A stretch of 64,000 nucleotides of DNA from a virus (taxonomy: Duplodnaviria > Caudoviricetes): positions 1 through 64,000 of IMG/VR virus record IMGVR_UViG_3300033075_001536. The stretch is one strand, 5' to 3'. A program made the position numbers and the translations under genes. Positions 39,693 to 50,556 of the stretch are shown here, piece after piece. The notes beneath the pieces were generated by a model. The model had not been told where the DNA came from. It made no database searches and was given only the letters and a program-made list of their open reading frames with translations. Position 1 is the stretch's first letter. Each line of letters opens with the position of its first letter.

Positions 39693-42371
39693 ATGGTAAC
39701 TCCATTATATTCATATTTAAAAGAAAACGGCACTTCATTTTATGCTTTTCCTGGTGCATCGGAAGACATTTCAGCTTCCTATCAGAATCAAAATTATAAA
39801 ATGTATTTTTCTAAATACATTCTTTTAAATTTTCCAAAACAGCAATTAGTTCCTGGATCCACTGGATCTTGCAATCCAGTTCATTGGGATTTTGATAATA
39901 CTTCTGGGCTTGGATATGGATTCATTGAATCAAGCTCTTACACCGCACCAGCGACTTTTCAAGATGCTGTGATTGAATCGCTTAGAAATTATGTGGCTAA
40001 TCAAGAGGTTACGATTAGAGATTCTAGAATTAATAATACCGAATTTTATTATAACCCAAATGAACTTGGAACTACTGCCGAAAAAATATTTTTCAAATGG
40101 TGTAAAAAATTAGGACTTATTGACTTTGAACCGGCTATTGGTGGTGCTGTTCAATATTTTGATACACTGGATGAATTTAAAAGAAATAATGAAAATGATG
40201 ATTCTTATTTTCCAGAGTATTTATGGCAAGAAAGAAGAACAACTTCATATGATATTTCTAGTTGGTCTAATCCATCTGGTAATATTCAAGCTAATTTTAT
40301 AACCACTACCAATTTTAGAGAAGGTGATGTTATTACTATTACCGATGTTGTTAATACGGACATCACTACTGATTTGGGAACACATTCAAATGTTAGAGTG
40401 ATTTCGGTCACCACACTTCCGAGTGGAGATCAACATGTTGTTTTAGATGTTCCAGCTTCTATTTTATCTGGAACAGCTTCTGAAGGAACCGCTAAGGCAT
40501 CTTTAAATTACAATCGACTTGTTCAATATGTCGGTGAAGTAAATGGGGTGAGTAATGTAAATGAGTCTAATAAATCATATACTGAAGTTTACGCACATGT
40601 TCCAGATCATTCAGGATTAACTCCAGATATTTTATTTAGAACCATGGTGGATAGTAATTACAAACCAAACATGGTCTTCCCAATTGTCCCATCACAATAT
40701 CAACCAGAAATTATTGGGGCTGAATTATTTAATTCACCAATTGTATTAGCTCCACAAAATTATCCTGGATCTTATTTCGCACAATTCGATGTGAATGATT
40801 TTACCTATGATATTAATAATGGAGACTCAATTAGAAGAAGTGGTGACTACTTTGGAATAAATGGTGATATCAATTCTCCAATTGTAGATGGAAGAACATT
40901 AGACGGAATTTCCATAGATTTTAATACTTCTCACTATGCAAAGATGAATATTCCAAATAGGAATTTAACTAACTTTGATCAATTCAATGCTCTTGAGGTA
41001 GACAATAACCCGCCAAAAGATTTCGAATTTAATGCTATTCTTTGGTACTACACAACTATGGATCCAACAGGAACCATGTCAGAAAATCTATATGGTATAT
41101 CATTTTTGGATAATCCAAATAATAATCCAAAAGAATCTGAAGTTGGGATTGCTTTTCCAAAATTTAATAAATTGGTAGCTAATGGGTCTCAAGATGGAAC
41201 ATCTTATGCATTTGGATTAAATATCAATTTTAATATTGTTTCTGATAACCCGGTAGAAGCGTATAATCCAGAAGCTATTAACTCTTTATTTGGTATGAAC
41301 TTATTTAATGATGCGATGGAGAAACTTTCCAGTATTAATGATACATTTATACAAATGTTGGCAGATAACGCTACACTTGCTCAACAAGTTTCCGGACTAC
41401 AAAGTTTGTTGTATAGTCAAACCGATTTAAACACCATCAACCAAAGAATAAATAATCTAACCTCTTTAATTAATTTATATCAAACAAATCAAATTGTGGA
41501 TTCCGAGTCGGTTGTTGTTAATTATAACGGACAAACATCCCCACCAACTATTCAACTTAGTACGCAAGATCCAAGCTATGTTCAATTAAATTCCATAGCA
41601 ACCTCTAATATGTTTAATATAAATGGAATTATACCATACACTGTAAATGTTCCGGTAAATAAAAATTTCTTAACTTATATAACAAATGATGACCAAGTAT
41701 CATTCGATCTTCCAAATAATGATAAACTAACAATTGTGTTGGATAAGGATTTGTATTATAAGCAAAAGGCAGACTTTACCATCACTTCCTCTGACTTAGC
41801 TACGGAAAATAAAAAGTTAGATATTTATATGATGAGTATTTCGGAAGGAACATCTGTTCCAGTTGAAACGCTATTAATTGGTGATATTGATCTTCCGATA
41901 TTTTTTAATAAAAATACTCAGCAACCAAATTCAGCTAAGACTTGGAATAGTTTTGATTTTAAAATTGATTTTTCTCAAGATATAACATTAAAGTCAAATG
42001 CTATTTTACAATTAAACATTGATGCTCGATTTGATATCTTAACAAACTCAATAAAAGCAGGAGATGCTTTGGTTCTAAATAATTTATTTATTGGGACAAC
42101 TTCTGTATTTAATTTTTCTGGGCAATATGTGGTAGATTCTGTCTCAACTACTCAATCACAAATTAATTTAGATATTTCATCTAATCAAACATTCGTGAAT
42201 TATGGTGCTTCACAATCTTTGCCAATGACTCTACATGGATCATCAACTACTCTACTATCTAATCTTCCGTATATTTCTTTAAATAAAGGATATAAAATTT
42301 CTATCACTAGAATAGATTCTGATTTAGTTGCACTTTCTGATAGATATAATATTCAGATTAGTCACCTATGA
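39693..42371 (+). CDS. Large putative virion structural protein
   Basis: 892 aa, N/S/T-rich, low lysine, short coiled coil; AATATATA 39661-39668. Confidence 0.6.
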   Translation: MVTPLYSYLKENGTSFYAFPGASEDISASYQNQNYKMYFSKYILLNFPKQQLVPGSTGSCNPVHWDFDNTSGLGYGFIESSSYTAPATFQDAVIESLRNYVANQEVTIRDSRINNTEFYYNPNELGTTAEKIFFKWCKKLGLIDFEPAIGGAVQYFDTLDEFKRNNENDDSYFPEYLWQERRTTSYDISSWSNPSGNIQANFITTTNFREGDVITITDVVNTDITTDLGTHSNVRVISVTTLPSGDQHVVLDVPASILSGTASEGTAKASLNYNRLVQYVGEVNGVSNVNESNKSYTEVYAHVPDHSGLTPDILFRTMVDSNYKPNMVFPIVPSQYQPEIIGAELFNSPIVLAPQNYPGSYFAQFDVNDFTYDINNGDSIRRSGDYFGINGDINSPIVDGRTLDGISIDFNTSHYAKMNIPNRNLTNFDQFNALEVDNNPPKDFEFNAILWYYTTMDPTGTMSENLYGISFLDNPNNNPKESEVGIAFPKFNKLVANGSQDGTSYAFGLNINFNIVSDNPVEAYNPEAINSLFGMNLFNDAMEKLSSINDTFIQMLADNATLAQQVSGLQSLLYSQTDLNTINQRINNLTSLINLYQTNQIVDSESVVVNYNGQTSPPTIQLSTQDPSYVQLNSIATSNMFNINGIIPYTVNVPVNKNFLTYITNDDQVSFDLPNNDKLTIVLDKDLYYKQKADFTITSSDLATENKKLDIYMMSISEGTSVPVETLLIGDIDLPIFFNKNTQQPNSAKTWNSFDFKIDFSQDITLKSNAILQLNIDARFDILTNSIKAGDALVLNNLFIGTTSVFNFSGQYVVDSVSTTQSQINLDISSNQTFVNYGASQSLPMTLHGSSTTLLSNLPYISLNKGYKISITRIDSDLVALSDRYNIQISHL

Positions 42372-42742
42372 TCAGTAAATTTGATGAATATGTTTCTCCA
42401 GAAAAAATAATTTCAGAAATAAAAGAAATTTCTTATATTTTGGAAGATGAAGGATTCAATATAAATTATACAGTATCAAAAAATATTTATATAGGATATC
42501 TTTTTATAGTGATATCTAGATATCATAGAATAAATTACAAATTCCAAAAAAATCTCATGGAGTCTGAGTATTGGTTGGAATATATAGACAGATTAAAAGA
42601 AATTTTGGATAGATTTGGATTTTATCCAAGATTACCATGTTTATCGAGATTACACTTCGAAAACCGTCCCATAAATATAACTATTGTGATAGAAAAGTTT
42701 ACTCCAAGACAAAAAAGAAAAATGTTAAATAAAAACAAATGA
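42368..42742 (+). CDS. YILEDEG-family protein
   Basis: MISKFDE; EIKEISYILEDEGF; LEYIDRLKEI. Confidence 0.75.
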   Translation: MISKFDEYVSPEKIISEIKEISYILEDEGFNINYTVSKNIYIGYLFIVISRYHRINYKFQKNLMESEYWLEYIDRLKEILDRFGFYPRLPCLSRLHFENRPINITIVIEKFTPRQKRKMLNKNK

Positions 42743-43092
42743 TTTGTAAATTTAACGAATTAAATCTTGAGAACGAAATAAAAGAAATATCTTATATCAT
42801 AGATGATGATTTTGGATATTTAAAAATTTCAAAAGCATATGGTAAGATATACATAACCATTTTGAACAACAGCTCTCCACCATCTAACAGCGCTTGGAAC
42901 CGGAAACCAAAAGTATCTAAATCACTAATTGATAGTGATCAGTATATTGAATTTTATGATAGGTTGAAGGAAATATTCTTTAAATTTAATTACAATTTAT
43001 ATCATCTAAAAGATCATAAGAATATTATCGTCCTTTCACCAATGACTGATATGCAAGTAAAGAGAAAATTAAAAAAGAATTCCAAATTATAG
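42739..43092 (+). CDS. YILEDEG-family protein, tandem paralog
   Basis: MICKFNE; EIKEISYIIDDD; IEFYDRLKEI. Confidence 0.75.
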   Translation: MICKFNELNLENEIKEISYIIDDDFGYLKISKAYGKIYITILNNSSPPSNSAWNRKPKVSKSLIDSDQYIEFYDRLKEIFFKFNYNLYHLKDHKNIIVLSPMTDMQVKRKLKKNSKL

Positions 43093-43134
43093 AATTTAGA
43101 TTTTAATATATACTAAAAATATTAAACTTAATTC

Positions 43135-44313
43135 ATGGGATGTGGAAACGATAGTCTTTTTGGTGGAACTAGCCAATTTATAAAAACAAATGCTGGTGAT
43201 TTAATTGCGGTTCTTGGATCTAATACAATTGAAAGACAAATGCTTGCTGATCTAAGAATTCCTTATAAGCAAATTTTACATTCTAGGGTTATTTTAAAAG
43301 CTGGTCAAATTAATTATCTACTTAATTTTTTAGGCATGGGTGATAATGCAACTTTTCTTTCTATGAAAGCAACCTATGATCCAAAGTCTGTAAATGAAGA
43401 GTCTAATTATATTAATTGGAGCTTTTTTGATAGCTTATCAACGGTTAATCATATGGATCAATTGATGATCTTAACTGGTAACTCTACAAACAGAATTAAG
43501 CAATTGTACCTAACAAATCCAAATTCAACCTATCCGGTCATTATAGATGTTTTGGTGGCAAGTATTGATGATACTTATTCTTATTTTCAAGATACGGTTA
43601 ATCAAACTGGAACCATGTTTACTGGATTGTCTTATACAAATATTGAAACTTATGTGGTGGATGAGTCGATTGTTATTTTTGATTCAAATTCTCCTAGAAA
43701 TGCATTAATGTATATCGTTTTGACAAATATAAATTCAATTACAAGAACATCAACTATGTTAGTCATTGAAGATGTTTCTGCTGGTATGATATATTTAACA
43801 TTTTTAACAGAATGGGATGCGATGCAGGCTCAATCTGCTTTGAATTATGTTTTGCAAAATTCTGGAGCAATACTCCCAATGACATCTGATTTGGTTCCAC
43901 CAGTAGTTTATTTATTAAATCAAGTTGGAGCATCGTCATCAGGAGCGACCTTATCTATTATTGGAACAGGAGCAACTGGTCCATATAACACATCATGGTT
44001 TGGATATACCTATTCAAGCACTATATCAACTAGCATTTTAGCCACATTTGGGGCAACCATTTCGTTAGCTGACTTTGGTGATAGTGGAACGATTACCTTA
44101 CCAAGATTGAATTCACTATTAGTTGGATCAGCATCTGATAATAGAGACGGTGATTTAACACTTTCAGACAGCAATTTTGTTTTAACAAACTATGCTGGAA
44201 ATTCGGTTGTTTCTATAATAGCTACTGGAACATACTCATTAAAGTTTGTCCTCAAAGATATTGCCGGAAATGAAATAAATTCCTTGACAAAAATTGAATT
44301 ATATATAATCTAA
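43135..44313 (+). CDS. Putative virion structural protein
   Basis: S/T/G-rich; C-terminal ASDNRDGDLT...GTYSL...DIAGN Ig-like pattern; AATATATA 43105-43112. Confidence 0.55.
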   Translation: MGCGNDSLFGGTSQFIKTNAGDLIAVLGSNTIERQMLADLRIPYKQILHSRVILKAGQINYLLNFLGMGDNATFLSMKATYDPKSVNEESNYINWSFFDSLSTVNHMDQLMILTGNSTNRIKQLYLTNPNSTYPVIIDVLVASIDDTYSYFQDTVNQTGTMFTGLSYTNIETYVVDESIVIFDSNSPRNALMYIVLTNINSITRTSTMLVIEDVSAGMIYLTFLTEWDAMQAQSALNYVLQNSGAILPMTSDLVPPVVYLLNQVGASSSGATLSIIGTGATGPYNTSWFGYTYSSTISTSILATFGATISLADFGDSGTITLPRLNSLLVGSASDNRDGDLTLSDSNFVLTNYAGNSVVSIIATGTYSLKFVLKDIAGNEINSLTKIELYII

Positions 44314-44708
44314 TGGCATATAATGTAAGTAATTTTTTATTATCTAAATCATCTTCTGATTATAATATTGTTATTCAAAACTCACTTGGTGAGTTAATGA
44401 CAATTAAGACATTTAATATTATTAATATTTTTAGTATTAATAACTTAGTTAAAATTAAACTAAAGGGTAATGAGGTAACAACACTTGATTTTAATACTCA
44501 AGTGGAGGCATTTACTGCTTTGCAAATTTTAAAAGAGCAATGGACAACAGCAAGAGAATTAAAACCTTATTTAATTGATAAAGAGGTTGTTAATTATGTT
44601 TCTGGTAAAACATTTTCAAATATCTCCATGACTATGTCTGTTCTATTAGCCGAGGGAGGATATTCTACACTCTATATTGAAAATGGTATTGTTATAAATA
44701 TAATATAA
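44313..44708 (+). CDS. Hypothetical, possibly structural, protein
   Basis: Translationally coupled to 43135..44313. Confidence 0.6.
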   Translation: MAYNVSNFLLSKSSSDYNIVIQNSLGELMTIKTFNIINIFSINNLVKIKLKGNEVTTLDFNTQVEAFTALQILKEQWTTARELKPYLIDKEVVNYVSGKTFSNISMTMSVLLAEGGYSTLYIENGIVINII

Positions 44709-44738
44709 ACAATTATTATATTTTTTATAAAATATTTA

Positions 44739-46571
44739 ATGCACATCTTAAATATAATCACTCGATGCTCAAGAACAAAAAATATTTTAAAAGTTAAAGA
44801 ATCTATTTTTAAAAATATACCAGAAAATTTTGAAATATTCTGGCACATCACATTTGATACAACCGTTCTAAAAGACATATCAGCAGAAATTCTATCTGAA
44901 TTGGAACATGATTTTATTTCTCTAAAATTTAGAAAGTCAATACCAGGTGATTATGGTCATAATTTTATAAACATATCATTGGGACAAATTTCTTCTGGAT
45001 GGATTTATATTTTAGATGATGATAATATTTTACATCCAGATTTATTAAAAACAATTTCGGAAAAAATAGAAGAATTTCCAGAAAAAAGAGGATTTATTTT
45101 TAATCAAAAAATTGGTGGGAAAGATTTTTCTGGGTTGGACATAAGAGAAGCTAAATCGGAAAATATAAAAGTTGGATCCATTGATATGGCACAATTTTTA
45201 CTACGAAGGGATTTAATAGGATTTAAACGACTAACATCAAATGAATATAAAGCAGATGGGTATTTCATAGAAGACCTTTTTCAATTCAATCAAGATGATT
45301 TTTTATTTATTGAGAAAGAATTGTGTTACTATAATTATCTACAATCTGAAAAAATGCCAATTTCATTACCAAGGGTTTTATTACTAGGTGAAGATTTTGA
45401 TTTAAAATCCAAAAAATTCTATGATTATGAAGAAGATAGAATAAATAAAAAATTTATAGAAGATAAAGATATAAATAAAGAAGTGATAAAATTTAACCCA
45501 GATGCAATTATTTCTATTGGTGATAATTATAATCAATTTACAATACTTAGTCACTCACCAACCGATATTCGAAAGAGATGGATGCATATAGGAGGTGATG
45601 TTCCAAATAAAGGAGAAATTGCCTACCAATGTGCTATGTCATATATTTTAAAAGGACAAGATCAAGAAACCCCATTAGTTTCATTCTTTACTCCGTTTTT
45701 TAACACTGGTGATAAATTATATAGAACTTATGAGTCTCTAAAAAATCAAGCCTACTCAAATTGGGAATGGGTCTTAGTAAACGACTCAACGGATGAAGGA
45801 AAGACTTTAAAAATAGCTGAACACATTGCTTCAGAAGACCCAAGAGTTAAAGTGTATGATTTTAGAGAAAAATCTGGTGGAATTGTAGGAGAAGCTAAGT
45901 ATAGAGCCGCTTCTTTATCGAGAGGTAAATATATTATGGAGTTGGATCATGATGATGTTTTAACTAATTATGCAACAGAATTAATGGTACAAGCTTTCAA
46001 AGAACATCCAGATGCTAAATTTGTTTATTCTGATTGTTCAGAAATTGATGAAAATCATAATTCACTTACTTATGGAGACGGATTTGCTTTTGGATATGGT
46101 AAATACAGAACAGAAAACTATAACGGTAGAGACTATCAAGTAGCAGCCACACAAAATATAAATCCAAAAACAATAAGACACATTGTTGGGGTTCCGAACC
46201 ATTTTAGAGCATGGGATAGGGAATTTTATCACTCTATTGGAGGACATAATAGAAGGCTAACCATTGCGGATGATTATGAGTTAATAATAAGAACATTTTT
46301 AAAAACTCGAATGGTTGGAATTAGAAAACTTTGTTACTTGCAATTTTATCACAATTCATCTACTCTAAATAACACACAAGACTCATCAAGAGCAGATATT
46401 CAAAGAAGAGTTAGGTCTATTGCACAATATTATAATATAGATATTAAAAACAGATTTGAAGAACTTGGTGTAAAAGATTGGGCATATGAATTTAGTCCAC
46501 ATTTCCCACTTTTAACCGAATCAAAATTCGGTGAAGAGGAAGGTTATGTTAATTATATTTTTAATATATAG
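44739..46571 (+). CDS. Double-domain family-2 glycosyltransferase
   Basis: YILDDDN in the first GT-A domain; VSFFTPFFN, WVLVNDST, ELDHDD, ADDYEL in the second. Confidence 0.85.
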   Translation: MHILNIITRCSRTKNILKVKESIFKNIPENFEIFWHITFDTTVLKDISAEILSELEHDFISLKFRKSIPGDYGHNFINISLGQISSGWIYILDDDNILHPDLLKTISEKIEEFPEKRGFIFNQKIGGKDFSGLDIREAKSENIKVGSIDMAQFLLRRDLIGFKRLTSNEYKADGYFIEDLFQFNQDDFLFIEKELCYYNYLQSEKMPISLPRVLLLGEDFDLKSKKFYDYEEDRINKKFIEDKDINKEVIKFNPDAIISIGDNYNQFTILSHSPTDIRKRWMHIGGDVPNKGEIAYQCAMSYILKGQDQETPLVSFFTPFFNTGDKLYRTYESLKNQAYSNWEWVLVNDSTDEGKTLKIAEHIASEDPRVKVYDFREKSGGIVGEAKYRAASLSRGKYIMELDHDDVLTNYATELMVQAFKEHPDAKFVYSDCSEIDENHNSLTYGDGFAFGYGKYRTENYNGRDYQVAATQNINPKTIRHIVGVPNHFRAWDREFYHSIGGHNRRLTIADDYELIIRTFLKTRMVGIRKLCYLQFYHNSSTLNNTQDSSRADIQRRVRSIAQYYNIDIKNRFEELGVKDWAYEFSPHFPLLTESKFGEEEGYVNYIFNI

Positions 46572-46574
46572 TGG

Positions 46575-48212
46575 ATGGATATTTTAAGATTCAAACAGTT
46601 TGAGAAAAAACTTTCTATTTCCGAATTATCTGAACCAGCACCTTCTAATTTTAACGGAAACGGAAATAAAAGAGGTGATGTTTTGATAAAGAAAGTAGAA
46701 GATGGCGATCCTTTAATTATTGGGCCTGTTGGTAATCGAAAATCTGTTATTGTGGATGAGATTAGAGACCCAGAAGGTGTTGTATTGGATAATTTGGATG
46801 GCATGGATGGTGTAAAAGATAATGAGGATAGATACGATCCTAGCCTAGCAACTAACTTTTTTAAAAATGGAAGAGGACACTATATAAATACATTTATTGG
46901 GCAACAGGCCGATGGGACAGATTGTGAATTCACATTAAATAATATTGAAAAAACAACCGATTTCGGATCCTCTGGTCCTGGAAGAAATATAGATAAATGT
47001 GAAGTAATACAAGCTATTTTTATACATCTAAACAGAGTTAATCCACAGATAGCTTTATCTGTTAAAAACGCTGTTCAAATATTTCAACAATTTGTTTTGG
47101 ATACACCAAATTTAACCGACTTCATAAAAACTAATATGGAAATAACTCCAGATATGATTAATGATCTGGATAGTGATTGGTTATATACTTTTTCAGAAAT
47201 TCCTGGTGAGATTGAACATTTATTAAGAGATCATAAAAAGAGCCAATATGTTATTATACATAACAAGTATAATCGACCATCTCCATATAGATCAATAAAA
47301 AATAAAGTTAAGCAGTTTTTACCAGGTACAGAAATTTCAAAATTTTACCCAGGTGATTTAATTGTTGTTTCTGATCATAGACTAGTTATAGATGTTGTGA
47401 ATGGAAATAGAAATGGTGGATTTGGATATTTAATGGGTAAAATAGAAGCAACCCAAAATATAAACGAATTGATTTCTCTTTTAAATAACCTATTTAATGA
47501 AAAGGTAATGTGCTCATTGTCATTAAAGAAATTAAAAGCTGGGCTAGATTATAGTGTTATTATTAATAATGATAGTATTATTGGTAATAATATTCCAGAT
47601 CCAGTTAATTTTGAATTTAATGGGTTTGAAATAAGTAGAGTTCCGGAAAGAGGAAGGTCTTCAAAAGTTTCAACAATATCTAGATATCGTGGTGTTCCAA
47701 GGTATAGAATAATGATATTTAGAGGTGATAAGGGAGGAGATCTAAATGGTGAAGTAGAAGGATCAACTTCTAGACATGGTAAAATATCTTTACAGATTAT
47801 AAATAAGATAATTAGAAGACACTTTCAAGACTTTGGATTACAAACGCAAGATTTTGAATTTGTTAGAAGGAGAGTTGTTTTAAATGATTTAAATAATAAT
47901 CAATTATTAAATCAAATAAACTCTCTTATTGGTGATGTTGCAGAGCTTGTAAATCATGGATTTAATATAGATAGAAATTTATCTGGAAGAGATGATATAT
48001 CTAATAACAGAGATGGACTAATTTCTAAATTACAGTCTTTGGAAATGATTAAATTATTAGCAGATATATCAATGGAAAACAATGAGTGTTTTGATTTAAT
48101 TATTAATGATATTTTTAAATATGCGATGTCAATACAAGTTTGGCATGATCAGAACACCCCACCAAATCGCCAAGGAAATTTATTAACTCCTAAATATTTT
48201 AGGACAGTTTAA
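46575..48212 (+). CDS. Hypothetical protein, possible PD-(D/E)XK nuclease fold
   Basis: MDILRFKQFE; FYPGDLIV and SLSLKK spaced like P.D...SLK nuclease motifs. Confidence 0.45.
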   Translation: MDILRFKQFEKKLSISELSEPAPSNFNGNGNKRGDVLIKKVEDGDPLIIGPVGNRKSVIVDEIRDPEGVVLDNLDGMDGVKDNEDRYDPSLATNFFKNGRGHYINTFIGQQADGTDCEFTLNNIEKTTDFGSSGPGRNIDKCEVIQAIFIHLNRVNPQIALSVKNAVQIFQQFVLDTPNLTDFIKTNMEITPDMINDLDSDWLYTFSEIPGEIEHLLRDHKKSQYVIIHNKYNRPSPYRSIKNKVKQFLPGTEISKFYPGDLIVVSDHRLVIDVVNGNRNGGFGYLMGKIEATQNINELISLLNNLFNEKVMCSLSLKKLKAGLDYSVIINNDSIIGNNIPDPVNFEFNGFEISRVPERGRSSKVSTISRYRGVPRYRIMIFRGDKGGDLNGEVEGSTSRHGKISLQIINKIIRRHFQDFGLQTQDFEFVRRRVVLNDLNNNQLLNQINSLIGDVAELVNHGFNIDRNLSGRDDISNNRDGLISKLQSLEMIKLLADISMENNECFDLIINDIFKYAMSIQVWHDQNTPPNRQGNLLTPKYFRTV

Positions 48213-48664
48213 AGATTTCTATCTCTATTTATCTGTTCAGACCTCACAATAGCAGTGTGTCCATAATATCCATTATGACAGTTATAAGCAGTAAATTGCA
48301 ATAATCCTTCAGATGTTTCTATGTTTACAAACATAGTTTCTCTTTCTTCAGGACCATCAGTTATCTCATCTAATCTACTAACATTTAAACACTCATCTAC
48401 AATTTTAACACCTATTAATTTTGACCCTATAAAAGATTTATATTCATCATTGGTGAAAAAATATCCAAATTTTTCACAACAGTTTTGATCATTTTCAATC
48501 AAAAGATATATGGTTTGTTTATTGGTGTGAATAGCAAATCCATCATAAGAAGACATACTACCTCTCAAATCTATCTCATCTCTTCCAAACAGCTCCTCTA
48601 TTTCTTCAATAATTTCATCAGAAGAGTTCTCAAATAGTTTAAATTTCTTGATAATTTTAGACAT
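48209..48664 (-). CDS. Conserved-type phage protein (QxCCE / HNGYY)
   Basis: QNCCE and HNGYYG motifs; KFKLFEN N-terminus. Confidence 0.7.
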   Translation of the reverse strand: MSKIIKKFKLFENSSDEIIEEIEELFGRDEIDLRGSMSSYDGFAIHTNKQTIYLLIENDQNCCEKFGYFFTNDEYKSFIGSKLIGVKIVDECLNVSRLDEITDGPEERETMFVNIETSEGLLQFTAYNCHNGYYGHTAIVRSEQINRDRNL

Positions 48665-48696
48665 AAACTATATATAAAAATATTTATATAATATTA

Positions 48697-49665
48697 ATGC
48701 TAACTGATTTAATCATTGATGGAAATTATATCTTATCTAAATCCGTTTTTGTTTTACATAAAAACAATTTGCTTTATGGTGCTCTACACAAAGCTTTAGA
48801 AAACACAGTGATGAATTATAGGAAATGGTATCCATTTCAAAATGTCTATTTGGTTTCTGATTCCAAGGAAAGATCATGGAGAAAAGATATTAATGAATTT
48901 TATAAAGCAAATAGAAAAAAGGATTCAGATATTGATTGGAACTTTGCCTATACAGCTTATGGTGAATTTAAACAAGGATTAAAGGGAATTAAAGTGTTGG
49001 AGCAGTCTTCTATTGAAGGAGATGATTGGATATCTTTCCTCATCAATAAATCGAATTCTAGTGGTCGTGGCACCATCACCGTATCCAATGATGGAGATAT
49101 TAAACAATTGGTTTCTTATTCACTGGATCCACTCTATATCAATATAATGACCAATGAAATGTATAATAAAGAGAAAGTATTTTTACCAACAAATTATCAG
49201 CTATTTTTAGATAAATTAAATAAGCTTCCAAATGATGACATTTTCTCTTTGAACAATCACTCTGAGTTCAATCAACTTTTTAACAATTTTTTAAATAAAT
49301 ACGAATCAGTTGAGGTAAATCCAGTGAAGTCTTTGGTGATTAAATTAATCTCTGGGGATATTTCTGATAATATAAAATCGGCATGGGTGGTTGAGAAAGA
49401 AGGCAAAACTAGAGGAATTGGACAAGCTGGTGCTGAATCAATTTATGAAAATTATTTAACCGAATTTGGAGAGATTAATTTATCAGATCCAGATGTTTTT
49501 GAAAATATAGCAGATCTAATTTGTGAAAAAAAGAAGTTATCAAAAACATTTATTTCAGAAATTGTAGAAAATATAAAATTTAATATGCGATTAATTGATT
49601 TAAGAATTGATCAGCTACCAAAAGAAATTGTAGAAAAAATGGAAGAAAAATATAAAATTAGTTAA
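48697..49665 (+). CDS. T4 RNase H-like 5'-3' exonuclease (FEN family)
   Basis: LIIDGN, SWRK, YKANR, EGDD, SNDGD, GDISDNI; AAAC-N18-TATAAT upstream. Confidence 0.88.
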   Translation: MLTDLIIDGNYILSKSVFVLHKNNLLYGALHKALENTVMNYRKWYPFQNVYLVSDSKERSWRKDINEFYKANRKKDSDIDWNFAYTAYGEFKQGLKGIKVLEQSSIEGDDWISFLINKSNSSGRGTITVSNDGDIKQLVSYSLDPLYINIMTNEMYNKEKVFLPTNYQLFLDKLNKLPNDDIFSLNNHSEFNQLFNNFLNKYESVEVNPVKSLVIKLISGDISDNIKSAWVVEKEGKTRGIGQAGAESIYENYLTEFGEINLSDPDVFENIADLICEKKKLSKTFISEIVENIKFNMRLIDLRIDQLPKEIVEKMEEKYKIS

Positions 49666-49670
49666 TAAAT

Positions 49671-49901
49671 ATGGAACATTATATCGCTTTTTATATAACA
49701 TTTATATTTTTTACATTTATTATTTTATTTGATTTATCACCAATTAATATTGTAAAATTTATTTGTAGAGATAAAAATACCACTTTTGGCATTTTGACTT
49801 TTGGTATCCATCAGTATAGAAAATATAAAGAGAAGAAACTTTCTGAAAGAAACACTTTACAATATATTAGGAATAAAAAATTAGAAAAAATTTTAAAATG
49901 A
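49671..49901 (+). CDS. Small membrane protein with RNKKL tail
   Basis: N-terminal TM; ends YIRNKKLEKILK. Confidence 0.65.
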   Translation: MEHYIAFYITFIFFTFIILFDLSPINIVKFICRDKNTTFGILTFGIHQYRKYKEKKLSERNTLQYIRNKKLEKILK

Positions 49902-50137
49902 AAGAAAATAATACAATTATTGCTATAAAAAATAGTATAGATTTTTATATGGATAGTGGAAAAAAGATTTTATATTATTATAAATATGATAATTTTAAAG
50001 TTATAAGGACATTTTTTGGAACAGATGAAATATCGATTTTTAACCCGATTTTAAATGAAAAAATATTTGTAGATAGTAAAGATTTTATAACCTTATTCGA
50101 ATATAGAGATCAAAAATTAGAAAATATTCTAAAATGA
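49898..50137 (+). CDS. Small protein with RDQKL tail
   Basis: Ends EYRDQKLENILK. Confidence 0.65.
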   Translation: MKENNTIIAIKNSIDFYMDSGKKILYYYKYDNFKVIRTFFGTDEISIFNPILNEKIFVDSKDFITLFEYRDQKLENILK

Positions 50138-50556
50138 AAAAAATAGATAATAATTTATTAGCAATTTCTAAAGCAATGTTGGTTGATAGAGATGACTGGC
50201 AATATGTTTCTGATGAACAAAAATCTACATTTTTCTTTATTACTTCTCGTTATTTAAGTAAGATATATCCAAAAGAATCTAAACTTTTGAATTCAAAATT
50301 AATAGATAAGGCTACAGGTATGGACATTTGGTTCCATTTTTTAAAAGATAAGCCTTATCCTAAATTGATGTGGTCTAAATCTGAAAAAGAAAAATCGGAA
50401 GATATTCCAGAAAAAGATTTCGAATTACTCTACGAAAAGCTTGGTCTAAATAAAAAAGAAGATCTAAATTTCCTAATAAATAGGTTTCCTGAATATATTG
50501 AAGAGGAATTGGATTATTATAAAAAACAATTAAAATCAAAAAAGAAAAATGGTTAA
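50134..50556 (+). CDS. Possible T4 gp62-like clamp-loader small subunit
   Basis: FFITSRYLS..YP...LLN...D...W.K loosely matches the gp62 F.INR.LS pattern; size fits. Confidence 0.35.
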   Translation: MKKIDNNLLAISKAMLVDRDDWQYVSDEQKSTFFFITSRYLSKIYPKESKLLNSKLIDKATGMDIWFHFLKDKPYPKLMWSKSEKEKSEDIPEKDFELLYEKLGLNKKEDLNFLINRFPEYIEEELDYYKKQLKSKKKNG

